From assembly GCA_964188305.1 (NCBI GenBank), contig OZ076885.1: a stretch of 64,000 nucleotides of DNA; one strand, written 5' to 3'. Each line of letters starts with the position of its first letter. The stretch's first letter is position 1. The position numbers and the translations under genes are program-made. Positions 47,660 through 59,631 of the stretch are shown here, piece by piece. The notes below the pieces were generated by a model that was given only the letters and a program-made list of their open reading frames with translations, made no database searches and had not been told where the DNA came from. The DNA is from Podarcis bocagei. Lineage: Eukaryota.

Positions 47660-47937
47660 AGCATTGGGCCAGGGGAGCTATTGCCCTGGATGCACATTTT
47701 TGAGGGGGCGCAATCAGGCGCCCCCATGACAGGCACAGAGCCCTAGCAGCTGAGGCATGTCTAATGAGCAGGTGGATGGAGGCAGCAGTCAAGGAGCCTG
47801 TTGGAATCAGGCTCCATCCATCTTCTGCATGGGCTCTGCATGTGACCCCCGGTACACCCCCCAAAAAATGTCCAGTCCACCAGAGGGGTGCAACACTTGC
47901 CCCGCCCCAGGTGCCAGCAACCCACACTATGCCACTG
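47660..47937. mobile_element. hAT (Tip100-like) element fragment
   Basis: GC-rich insert ending ...CCCAGGTGCCAGCAACCCACACTATGCCACTG. Confidence 0.5.
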
Positions 47938-50849
47938 CATTGGGCTGAATACAGTGTTCAGAAATCTTATTGGGGATGCTCCTGTAGGGGGCATGCACAG
48001 GAATGTAAGTCAGGTGGCCTGACCCTTTTAACTGTAACACCTGTAGCTGCTTATTCCTCAGTGTGTTGTGTGAAACCAGTGCTTAGGCCAGAAATAGTGC
48101 TAGAGCATCCTAAAGAGTACAGTTTCCCAGATACTGGTATGTGATTTGGGATGACTCAAAGCTTATGATGAGGTGCAGAGGTTTATAAGCCTTAAATACC
48201 TGTAGCAGAACAATTCTAACCTTGGCTGGAGTCAGTGGAGCAGTGGATCCTTCATCACATTTGAAACATTTGCAGCTTGAGTGAGGATGAGGTTTATTTT
48301 GTCTTTTGGTTTACCAGGTCTAGGTTGCTCTAGCTGCTGTAGGAGAATCCCCACAAAACCAGTAGTGCTTTAAACTGGTGGAAAAGCAGCACCATTCTAG
48401 CCACCTGCCATCAGCTGTACCCAGTGCTCAAAAGAATTAGGAAAGTAAAGCTTGAAGAAGCTTATAGATGGCCCTTTTAGGCAGAATAGCTATGTTAAAA
48501 GGGTAAACCTTCCACAAAGTGTTAGTTATGTGTGATAGCTATATCACCGTCAATATCTGTCCACTTACGGAAGAACAGTTCAGAGATATATTGGCCAATG
48601 TCCAAGTCAACTGCCTTACTGTTCATCAGATCAGTTATTTTCTTTCCGATGGGGTTTTAAGGAGTAAGCTTTGAGGCCTTGATTTGGGGTGTGGCAGATG
48701 AGTTTAGTTTAAAGTTATACTCTGCATTAACAGAAGATACAACTGGAGAAATGGCTAGTTTTAGGGCGCTTTGGGGGAGGAGATTGTACCAAGTTAATGG
48801 AATAGCATCTGGAATGTGAAGCTGCTTATATCTGTTTCTGCATACATGAGAGAAGATAAATTAAAAACATTATACTCCAGTGAGGTTGTACCCGGCATGC
48901 CTATCAGTGTCTCCTGGCTGTTGGAGACTTGTGGTCAATGGGGAGTGCCACAAGTCATGAGATTTTGGATGAGGTACTCAAGGAAAAAAATGTAACTTGG
49001 GAAACAGTTCTTAAAACACCCAAATTAATGCTGCTTCAACTGTCTGAGTTGCATGGGGAAACATAGTATTTTAGGACTTAAATAAATACGTTAGCTGCCA
49101 GGCTTGTGGTAACGTGGTTGTGGAAGAGCAATAGGACTCTATAGATCTCTAGTACAATAAACTTTGCAAAATGCCATTGCAGAGGAATTTAGGGATCAAA
49201 TCTGCATCATCAACAAACAAACAAAACAGGCCCTTTTTGGGGGTGGGAGGCAGAATGGAGTAGTTTTATTTTTCATAAAGACTTGGCAGTACAAAGACAC
49301 CTCCAGCCCAATTTGCAACAATTTAGAAAGACTATTAATTATTCAAGTGTCTTTGAAATTATAATTAGTTAATGTTGTTCATGATGCTTTAAGTCCCTCA
49401 GTTTGATGAATGTGGTTACAGTGATTGCCTTCTATTTTACAGCCACAGTGACAGAGAATAATATGTTAGTTCATGCCAATGTAGCATTGGGCCTTTTCTC
49501 TGATCCAGAGTTTTATTTGTTTATTGTTGTTTCTGTTTCATACATGCAAATAACTGTAGCTCTCAAAAAATACATTAAATAAATGAAACATGACTTGGGA
49601 CTGCATTCTTACTCAAGCTGTTCATGTAGCTGTTCAAGATCTGGCCACTTCAAATCAATGAAATGAAAACTAGGAACCAACTTCAGCCTTATATAGTATC
49701 CGACCGTGAGATTAAGCTTCCTAGTTCCTTGATTACTGTGCCATGTGTGCCTCTATATCTTTCTCAATGGATTGCCTTTGAATATTTTATTGTTCTTGCT
49801 TGCTGGTGCATTAATGTTTTAACATACAGGACCTAATTATAATTCTTGTTTATTTACAAAACTGTCAAGCTTTTAATCCTCAGAGGATGAAACTTGAATG
49901 TAATTTTATTATGAAAACTTAGTTAAGGTGGTATTTTGGACACTATAAGAATTTGCTGTTGTTCTCAGGAACACGCCTTTCCAGACCATTCTATTATTAT
50001 TGTTTTATTCCAGCAGAAATTGCACTTTTAATTATTCCAAGCATATTTTTTTTTTATTCCAAACATTTAATTATTCACGTTCTGGATGGCCAAACATTAC
50101 AAATTATCTTAACAAGGAAGGGTTTGTTGTTGTTTTTTAGTTTTAAAATGCTTTATTTAAAAGTTTTGTTGCCACATTTCTTGAAAGAAAAGGCAAGCTA
50201 CTTACTGCAAACCCTTAATATTACAAGGGTTTGCCCTGGATGCCAGTTCTTGGCTCCATTTTTACACATGCAATCTACACCGAAGTGTTGTGATAATGGT
50301 GTATTTGAGGTGCAAGCAATTCATACCTTTGATAGTGATTGTGTCAAGTGGGAAAGAAACCTGTGATGAATGAGAAGACATGTAGTTGGCACACTTGCCA
50401 GCACCTTCCTTGCAGTATCAGCTTAAAATGCCCCCAACTTTCCCATTGTAACAAAATAATTAATGTTGACGTGTAAATCCTTGTGCACTCAGATGAGAAC
50501 ATAACACATTGAAGTCTAGGTCTTGTGCCTTTGTTTTTACTGACCTGGTTATCTTAGACCTGCTTACGCATTTACAATTGTCAGCCTCACATAGCCTCTT
50601 TCACATGACAAAGTTTCATCAGAAACAGAAAAATTAACCACTTCCACGAAATTAGCTGTCATAGTAAAGTTGAAATCAGATAAAATGGCCCCGTTAAAAT
50701 GTGATAATCTAGAGCGCACACATTTTCACAGAAATAAAGGAATATTACATCTTTGTGACTACTTTTCTGAACGACAGCATGATGATGTCCAGTGTAACCC
50801 ACATGGCACAAAATCATGGCAAGTGGAACCTCAGTGTTCCTTCTGGTGT

Positions 50850-51035
50850 TGCATAATGTGGTTAGAGGAGAGGCCTTACTCAAACATGCACTGGGTGACC
50901 CTTGGCCAGTCACTGGCTCCTAGCTCAATCCACTTTACAGGGTTGTTGTGAAGATAAATATCAAGGAAAGGGGAGAGAAACATGTATGCCACTTTGAGCT
51001 TGCTGGACAAAAGGCGGGATAGAAATATAATAAGA
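50850..51035 (+). mobile_element. CORE/MIR-like SINE with an L2-type tail
   Basis: CORE motif CTGGGTGACCCTTGGCCAGTCAC...ACAGGGTTGTTGTGAAGATAAA. Confidence 0.65.
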
Positions 51036-52599
51036 AATATATTCCCCTGGGGCTGTTAAAGGTCCCTTTTTACATGAAAATTTAACCCATACTTGACTCA
51101 ATAAGGGAGTAAATTTTATGTCGTGTACTCAATAAATGTACAGCAATGTGGAAGTTGAGTGCTGGTTTTGTTGCAAAGTTTTTTATTTGAATATTTGTGT
51201 GACAAGGCACCAACTTGGCAACTGTTTACAAAATGCTACTGTACCAAATAGGTTTCTCATTCCATCTTTTGGACTACCTTGGGACTGATGTGTGTGAATT
51301 AAAAAGCCTTCCTACCGTCAATAGCTCTAGAAAGATTTCCATTCTTTTCTATTTCTAAAGGCAGGCCAGCTGTGTGGGAGAGAATTTTAGAAGTCAGCCA
51401 TCAAAGCACATGAATAAATGTAATAATTTAGCTCATTGCTATGAAATGGCAGCTAGGAATGTCCTAACATTCACACATGCACAGTGATGTTAGGAAGGAA
51501 AAAGACTATAATCCACCAGACTCAGTAGCTAGTCAGTTAATTCATACCTTTTCCATGCACACCAACTAGCTGCTGAGCTTATAAATTATTACATTTTAGA
51601 AATGAGAATTTTGCTGCAAAGTTTCAAAATACGAACATGATGCTTTATGTCTTTTGTAAGTCTATATTGTGTCATGAAAACAACTTTGAATTTCTCTTCC
51701 CAGAGTATGAATAAGTGTAACCACAGTATAAAGCTCTGGTTCCCATTGAAGCCAGGGATTCTTAGCATATATAATTTGTTCTATGACCACATGCCGGGCC
51801 AAGTCTAAACAGAAGAAGTCTAGTCTTTGCAAAAGTGGAGGCAATTCACAAAGACTTCAGAGAGCAATAAAACAACGCAAGAGTTTGTAGCTTTTAAACT
51901 GTTAATTGTTTTATTTAATGGTTTAAAAAGATTTGTAGAATGAAGAAATGCTCTCACAGTCAAACTCAAGAGATGTGCCAGCTATTAATCATCCCTAAAA
52001 CAATAAGGGCATTTGTTATTACTGTCTACTGCCTGTTCTCAGCTTTAATCTGTCTTTCGAGTTTGACGCTGCCAGATTTTCAGAAGTGGGTCACCCAGTT
52101 CTCTCTGGACCCTGTTTTTCTGCTGAGCAGTTAAAATTAGCATTTTCTATTATGCTGCTGGAGATTTTGGAAAGATACTGAGAGTGAACTTAGTCACATT
52201 TTCCTGAACTCCCCCACCCCACCCCAATTTCTGGTAATGAAAAAAAATCCAGTTCATAGATAGAGATAAGAAAAACCTCGTGTACTCAAAGAAATGCCTT
52301 GTATGACCAGTAGGGATATAGGAGAAATTCAATTCAATTTGCATTTAAAGGTGAACCTACTTAATTTGCCATTTCCAAACAATACAAGTAATGAAACACA
52401 GCATAGCCCATAAACCAGATGGATGTATAGTTTGATCACTCAGCAGCTCACCCCATCTCATTCTTGATATAGTTCTGTGCTCAGCTGACATTTACAGCTT
52501 TTGTAAATAGCACTAGTTTTGGGGGATGCACATGACATCACATTTGGCCAAAGAGTGAAACTCTGAAGTCTGTCTTAGCAGCACCAAAATCTGACTGTT

Positions 52600-53930
52600 C
52601 TGCAGCAAGTGAAATTTAAAAGCACAACATGGTGGAAACCAAAGGCAGGAACACCCATCAAAAACTCCTCCAGAACTATGTTGCTGACCTGGCAGCAGAT
52701 ATCAAACAATTGTATCTAGATCTTACAAAGGATTGGCAGAATGCCCTTAAACCTCTTGAATTTTCCTTTAAAGATCTTCCAGCAAAAGTAGCTGACATTT
52801 CCAAAATGGTGGATGAAGCCTTGGAATTTGACCTCCATCCCAAAAAACCGCACGCAGACAGGTTAGCTGAACAAATCAGCAGGTTTGGCTGGAAGATTAA
52901 CAGGATCGCAGTCACAGACAGGATCACAGTCTTAAGAGGGATCCTGCGCAACATTGCAACCCCTCCCTTCACTTCCTATCTCTTTCCGCACTTTTAAATA
53001 TGTGGCACACCCCTTGTGGAGCCCGTGCTGTTGGTCTGGAATAAGATGGACTCATAAGCTAGGTCCTCAGTGACTATCCTAACTTTAGGCATCCTGGCAA
53101 GTATAAGCGATTAATGGATTGTGGACAAAAGGGACGACTTATGATGGAGGATTTCTCTGATAGGAGCAAGCCCATTTCCCCTTTAAAACTATGGCAGCTC
53201 CTTTCTGGGACAAGGGTTAATTGGGTTCCAATATTTCAAATAACTTTTTGTGCACAGTCAGTTTATAGATCTGAGCAGCTGCCACACCCATTAACTGTTT
53301 ACAAAAAAACCCAAAACTCTGCAAACTGGGCTCTAAGGGGCAGAAGGGTTTTATCTATCTTTTACAAACTCTTACTAGATCTTAAATTTGGAGCAGGGAG
53401 CTCTGCATGCAAAGCTTGGGAAAAAGACTTCAGTGATTCTGATTGGGATAATCCATGGGGCAGCTCTCACCTTAAAGCAACGTCAGCTCTTACATGGGAG
53501 GGTGTGTCGAAACTGATTTATTGCACTTAACTGCAGTCAGGCTCAGCTATTTCCATCATTCACTTTCACCAAAATGCTGGTGAGTTGTGAAACTCGTGGG
53601 TCATATTTGCACCTTCAGTGAGAGTGTGAAAAGGTGAGGGGCTTCTGGCTTAACCTGCCCAGTCACATAAAAAAGTTTATCAACCAAAGAAATGTCCCCA
53701 AATAGACTTTAGCTCTCCTTTCCATCTTCCTTAAAAAGCGATACAACAGACTTGGCAACTAGCAGGAACAGAGAATGGCATGGGGTTGAGGAATCAAAAA
53801 TGATAAATCTATGGCAGTCTGATATCATTTTTTGTTAATAACGATAAACCAACCGAAAGGGTACAGCACCAAGCCTTTCTCTCGTTTTGGTCTGACATCT
53901 GGCCTACATCTCGTTTCTCTAGTAACCCAA
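52600..53930 (+). mobile_element. degenerate L1-clade LINE: ORF1 N-terminus joined to ORF2 C-terminus
   Basis: coiled-coil-like ORF at 52629-52950; then S.FYKLL...AWEKD, SPKCW.C...GSYLH...EC.KV.GFW (zf-RVT-like) remnants. Confidence 0.6.
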
Positions 53931-53934
53931 CTGT

Positions 53935-54363
53935 AATAGGGGTGTAAAGAATGACACAATTGTTATACGCTGTTTGCTCCATTTATTGATAATATTTTTA
54001 AAAAATAAAAATGCTAGAACACAGCTATACTTCAAAATTGACACCTCTCTATACTCCACAACCCAATTTTGCGACCAAACATTTACAAAGATGTATATAT
54101 TAGAGGGAAATGTGCCTAATAATACTGGTGAAAATAACATACCAAAATGCGTTATATTAGGGGAAATTGCTTGCAAAAATGTGTACATTAGTCAAAGTTG
54201 CATAGTGAAATGTGTGTATTAGAATTTCACACTAAAATGCAAATCACATTTTAGGAGTATTTTTTTAAAAAAGCACAAATTGATGCAGAATGTGGAGAAC
54301 TGAATTTACGATTGGAAAAATGAGAATCTGACAGAACAAGAATTGACAGATCTGTCCATCTCT
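53935..54363. mobile_element. old non-autonomous DNA element (hAT-like)
   Basis: repeated GTGTATATTAG.GG.AAAT units; ends GACAGATCTGTCCATCTCTA. Confidence 0.45.
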
Positions 54364-54647
54364 AATGGCCAGTGACGGGAACAAGTATAATTCTAAACTT
54401 AGACATCATTAGTTGGCATAAGTAAACGGTTCTTACATTGCACTATATGTTACTGCTTTTGTTCTAAAACCATGCAAATTCACACACAGCCTGTATTTCC
54501 TACGGTAACTAAGCTCTGTTTAGCTGCCCTTGTAGTAAATAAATCGAAGGAATTAAAAAGTAATTTCACCCCAAAGCAATCAACTCAATTGCTTGTATCC
54601 GGTTTAATTTAAATAGGAAGAAACAGACAATATATTCTGCCTATCAG

Positions 54648-54661
54648 CCACTAGAGGGTGA
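54648..54661 (+). promoter_or_regulatory. candidate CTCF site
   Basis: CCACTAGAGGGTGA versus consensus CCASYAGRKGGCRS. Confidence 0.4.
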
Positions 54662-55487
54662 GAGCTCTGTGAGGGAAATAATTGAACATTATAACTAACC
54701 TATTCAAAGGCTAATGAATTTTCATTTCAGGAGAAATATTGGCCCATGACCTTGAGAACTGTTAAAGACAGTTGCTGGCAGCTAAGCTTCAGAATATTCA
54801 GCAACAATATAGTGCAGTTTTTCATCAGTTTGCAAGCTGACTTTTAGTTTTCAAGTTATTTTAGTGTGAATGATAGGTAGAGCCAGATAAATTTTCCTCT
54901 TCCTAGCTACATACAAGATGTCTGAAAGCCTTTTGCTCCCAAGGGTTTGCTTGACATCCATAATGTTTGCTTGGAATCAATAATTTCATTATCTTGTGTC
55001 TAGTTCCAAAGTCCAGTGAAGAATATTTGGAAGTCATTGACATAATTTTATACTAAGTTTCCAGTTCTTGTATCCTGGACAATTTGACTTCACTTATATT
55101 CGGAGATTGAAAATATGCTGCATATGTAACATGTGGCTTTTCTTTAATCTCTTAGAAACATTGAAACGGGAACTCCAGCTAATGAATGGTTCGTGGGACT
55201 CCTTAGGGACTCTTCTATCTTGTGTAAAATTCCACAAGTGTTTAGGCTACTGTGTGGAAGTGATCAATGAGCATTTAAAGCCAAGATGAGGGGACTTCAG
55301 TCTTACATGGTCTGCTTTGAAAGCACTCCAGCCATGATCTTCTGATGCATTTTTAAATTCTCAGCCTACTCAGGTTTTCCTTAGCCAGTTAAGGGATAAC
55401 CACTGTGTGCTAAGACATCCTGATTAAGCACTCTTTGCTCAACGATGAAATATCTTGCTAGATCTGATCAAGATCCATCTCATCCAG

Positions 55488-55654
55488 CATAGGAAGCTGC
55501 CTTATACCGAGACTTCAATGCCAGTATTGTCCACTCTGGCTGGTAGCAGTGCTGCAGGTGTTCAGACAGAGCCTACCTGGGGATGACAATGAGAGCATTT
55601 AGAACCACCTACTTGCCACTCATCTGTTCTTCCAATGAGCTGCTGTTCTTCCCC
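55488..55654 (-). mobile_element. Squam3-like SINE
   Basis: reverse of the tail TATAAGGCAGCTTCCTATG and of the family body. Confidence 0.6.
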
Positions 55655-56014
55655 AAGGCATACTTTGCAGGAATCCTAGCAACGAGCAGGTGCTAAATGG
55701 TCCGTGGCTGCTGGGTTTAAAGTGCCATATCCTTATGTCCTAACTCTGCACTTAGCACAGTGTATTTGCCGTTTAATTCAATAATTTTCAATGACGGTCT
55801 TGTTGAAAATGGCCCTTGATTGCAGATAGGCCTTGAGTTAAATAATGAGGGACACTAAGTAAATGTAAACAACTTGTTTTGTGCCACCATATTGTCTTTC
55901 CTCTTTGAAATGCTATAATCAGCTTAGTGAAAGCAGCTGGTAGTACTGTGCCTCATTAATGAAATGAGCAGGGAGCTCATTTATTCTCCAGCTAAATCCA
56001 ATGTTTTTTTCTAG

Positions 56015-56033
56015 TGGCCTCCAGGTGGCACCA
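56015..56033 (+). promoter_or_regulatory. candidate CTCF site
   Basis: TGGCCTCCAGGTGGCACCA, close to the full CTCF core. Confidence 0.55.
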
Positions 56034-56779
56034 GTGCTTAAATGATAAAATCAGACGTTGACCTTCAGAAAACATGGCATCTTTGTTTTGAGGTTCTCTG
56101 TGTCGCAATTGGATGTGGCTTGCAACCAAGCGACAACTTTCACACAAATGAAACTTTGTCCAGATCACAGGAGGCGGCTCCTCCTCACATCTGGCTCATA
56201 GATCAGCTTGTTTCTAAAAATACATTGTGTACTCAGTTTGATGTCCTGGGAGTGCAGTTAACTCTGCAGCGTGCCGCTTTGAACATTTGCCTTATTAAGT
56301 GTTGCATCCAATTGGTGTTCCACTGCTCTTTGATACATCTGAACCTTCCGATGTGTTAAGTCTAAGGCCATTCCCTCTACACATCCCCTTCCCCAGTTAG
56401 ATTTGCAGGGAGCTATTTCGGTCAGGTTGAGCTTCCAGAGTGCAGTGTACAAGGCTAAATTCAAGGTTCTAAAATGCACAAAAGTCAATTTGAGTCCCCT
56501 TTTCAACGGGTCATGTAAATTAGTCTCTGTTTTTGATTCTGTCCCTCTGCAGACGGTTCAAATCTGCAAATAGTCATGTGCTTCGTATCCAAGTTATTTG
56601 AAATCACAATGCAGTGGTTTTTAGAATGCTTGGACCATCTTAATGCCTTGATTTTGTTGCATGTGGCAGCTTTTCTGGAAAAATAATTGTTTTTGTGTTG
56701 ACCCTTGGAAACCAGTGTGGGCCTAAATGGGTAGAACCCTCTTCTGGAGAACCTTTAGAACTGAACAGTGCTCCTGCAG

Positions 56780-57030
56780 ATCCACCTTACAGAGCCATCC
56801 ATCTAAATATGAGTGGAACCACCGCAATGTTGTGCCTCCAATACCCAACTCAGAGTTGCCCTACAAGGATACCCTGGTCAAAGGTATCAAAAGTTGCTGA
56901 GATTAAGGCCTGAATGCTGATAGAAATGGTTTTTAAAAATGGATAACTGCCAAGCCACATACATCTTTCCCCATATCATAGTACAGTCTGCATATGCCTG
57001 TTTTGCTGAAACACATTCTTACACCTCACT
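56780..57030 (-). mobile_element. old L2 RT fragment
   Basis: minus-strand LISATFDTFDQGIL resembles DLSAAFDT.DH.IL. Confidence 0.5.
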
Positions 57031-57075
57031 ATACAAGTAGTGGTTAGGGTTGTAGAGCTCAACATCAAATGTGTC

Positions 57076-57223
57076 CAGTGCTTTTTTTCCTTTAAAAAAA
57101 TGTCTAGGGGTTCTCTCATTTTCCTACTCATGTTGAAATACTGCCCCTCAATGAGGCCAAACTTAGATTCACAAAATGTTTAGGGGTAGGTGTACCCCTG
57201 TGTCCCCCCAGAAAAAAGCACTG
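57076..57223. mobile_element. short hAT MITE
   Basis: TIRs CAGTGCTTTTTT and AAAAAAGCACTG; degenerate 8-bp TSD AATGTGTC versus ACTTTGTC. Confidence 0.75.
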
Positions 57224-57241
57224 ACTTTGTCTATAGAATTA

Positions 57242-57632
57242 GGTCCCTCTACACAATACATTTAAAACAGTATCACACCACTTTAAATGATAATGGCTAC
57301 ACTTCTCCAAGTGGTTAAACAATCAGTCCCTCTCCCCTGGGAACTCTGGGAACTGTATGTCTGTGGGAGAAGTAGGGATCTCCTAGCAGCAGGCATAGGC
57401 AAACTTGGCCCTCCAGAGGTTTTGGAACAACAACTCCCATCATCCCTAGCTAACAGGACCAGTGGTCAGGGATGATGGAAGTTGTAGTCCCCAAACATCT
57501 GGAGAGCCGAGTTTGCCTATGCCTGCCTAACAGCTCTCAGCAGCCCTAACTAACTACAATCCCCATACTTCTTTGAGGGAAGTCATGAGTGAAGTGGTAT
57601 AATACCACTTTAAATGTAGAGTACAGGTGGGG
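57242..57632. mobile_element. palindromic Harbinger-like MITE hosting a nested hAT MITE
   Basis: TACATTTAAA...ACCACTTTAAA at the left end mirrored by AAGTGGTAT...TTTAAATGTA at the right end. Confidence 0.55.
57390..57525. mobile_element. 136-bp hAT MITE
   Basis: TIRs CAGGCATAGGCAAAC and GTTTGCCTATGCCTG; TSD CCTAGCAG versus CCTAACAG. Confidence 0.9.
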
Positions 57633-58281
57633 TTTTAGTTTGTCCAGCTTCCGTTTTGTCGCTGCAAAGGGGAGAAAGTGTCCTCTTCTCTGTTCAGAAC
57701 AACAACATGATAACTGCTTTTTTGGATCCCACTTCAGTTGGTATCATTTTAGCAGCTCCTCTTTTCATGGTAAGTGTTTGTGTGTTGAGAGTGATAATGA
57801 CAGGAGGGTTGGGAGAAATGCCACTCCCAGTCTGACCACAAAGTCTTTTCCTTTCCTTCGCTGTTTTCTTATCCTCACTGCTGGGGTGACAGGATGTATG
57901 GGAGGAGGGATAGCTGTTGTCTCATTATCATGGTGCTGCAGATAATAAACATGCTGACACCATGTGGATGCCTTCCACAAAAGCTGTCCTTCAGTCAGTT
58001 AGCAATTCCTGTGCCATGTGCATGACTGTAAGCAGGATTGTGCTTGTCTTCTTTCTACACATGTGGGACTGAATGTGAGAGACAGCACAGAAACTAGTAT
58101 GGAATTCGTAGAATCTCATCTGTTTTATTTAATCAATTTGTTTAATCAACACAGATGAGGGAGATCGTTTTGAAATTGTGCATTTGGTGTTTGCGAATAC
58201 AGTACTGCTAAAGTATTTGGAGATGTGTCCTTGTGTGTCCTACATGGCCATCTCTTCCCATGCCAAACCACCTGAAAAGTT

Positions 58282-58444
58282 CATGATTTCATAGAATTAT
58301 AGAATTGTAGAGTTGGAAGGGACCCTGAGGGTCATCTATTCCAACCCCTTGCAATGCAGGAATCTTGCCCACAGCCATCTCTGAGTGGGCTCGAACCACT
58401 GACCTTCTGGTTAGGAGCCAAACCCACTGTGCCACCTGAGGGTC
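58282..58444 (-). mobile_element. tRNA-derived SINE with a CR1-type 3' tail
   Basis: minus strand: GTGGCACAGTGG (A box), GGTTCGAGCCC (B box), then GGGGTTGGAATAGATGACC...TTCCAACTCT and an ATTCTAT-type tail. Confidence 0.75.
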
Positions 58445-58453
58445 TTTCCAGAG

Positions 58454-58697
58454 CAGGGGTAGGCAACCGAAGCCCGTGGGCCGGATGCAGCCCAATCGCC
58501 TTCTCAATCTGGCCTGTGGACAGTCCAGGAATCAGCGTGTTTTTACATGAGTAGAATGTGTCCTTTTATTTAAAATGCATCTCTGGGTTATTTGTGGGGC
58601 ATAGGAATTCGTTCATTTCCCCCTTCCCCAAATATAGTTTGGCCCACCACATGGTCTGAGGGATGGTGGACCGGCTGAAAAAGGTTGCTAACCCCTG
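58454..58697. mobile_element. hAT (Charlie-like) MITE with perfect TSD
   Basis: TIRs CAGGGGTAGGCAACC and GGTTGCTAACCCCTG; TSD TTCCAGAG on both sides. Confidence 0.92.
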
Positions 58698-59015
58698 TTC
58701 CAGAGGATGTGGAATTTAAGACATGCAAAAAAGCTGGAACCCAGCTGTTTTCATTTCAAAGACATGAAGATAAAGGAGCAACACAGATCAAAAGGAAAAA
58801 AATATTATGTATGGCGAGATCAACCTCTTCATCCATCACTGATCTTTAGTGTCATCCATTGCATTTATTTATTGCAGGGGAAATCAACCTGGTACCCTTC
58901 TGATCTTGAACTCCAATCCCCATCAAGTCCAGCAACATCTATAGGTCACCCAGTTGTTCATTCCTGGTTTATTGTATTTATATTTCTGCTTTCTCCCACT
59001 GAGTCCAAGGCAGTA

Positions 59016-59241
59016 CAGTGGTACCTCGGGTTAAGAACTTAATTCGTTCTGGAGGTCCATTCTTTACCTGAAACTGTTCTTAACCTGAGGTCCCACTTTA
59101 GCTAATGGGGCCTCCTGCTGCTGCCATGCCGCTGCCACACAATTTCTGTTCTCATCCTGAAGCCAAGTTCTTAACCCGAGGTACTATTTCTGGGTTAGCA
59201 GAGTCTGTAACCTGAAATGTCTGTAACCCGAGGTACCACTG
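59016..59241. mobile_element. Tigger-like MITE
   Basis: TA-CAGTGGTACCTCGGGTTA...TAACCCGAGGTACCACTG-TA. Confidence 0.92.
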
Positions 59242-59386
59242 TATATCCTGGATTCCCATGAAGTTTTCCACCCAGGCACACTAAGCAGGCTTGAACTGCC
59301 TTAGAGAAAGATTTTCAGTGTTAAGCCAATAAAAGACTTCTAATGGCTAATTTTGAAGGCCATATAACGTGCACCTATTTCCCTTT

Positions 59387-59631
59387 GAAATAAATTAAAT
59401 AAATAAAAAATTGTCCAGTAGCACCTTAGAGACCAGCTAAGTTTGTTCTGGGTATAAGCTTTCGTGTGCATGCACACTTCTTCAGATTCTTTGGTATCTG
59501 AAGAAGTGTGCATGCATACGAAAGCTTATACCCAGAACAAACTTAGTTGGTCTCTAAGGTGCTACTGGACAATTTTTTAATTTTTTAATTTATTTCGACT
59601 GCGTCAGACCAACACAGCTATCCACTGGAAT
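59387..59631. mobile_element. Penelope-like element remnant: inverted pLTR pair
   Basis: ~100-bp inverted arms (59387-59487 and 59496-59596) carrying the PLE-type CTGAAGAAG...CGAAAGCTTA...GTCTCTAAGGTGC; 13-bp flanking direct repeat CTATTTCCCTTTG. Confidence 0.85.
59493..59532 (+). ncRNA. minimal type I hammerhead ribozyme motif
   Basis: GGTAT-CTGAAGA-A-GTGTG(CATG)CATAC-GAAA-GCTT-ATACC: catalytic boxes, stem I, stem II and a palindromic rudimentary stem III. Confidence 0.7.
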
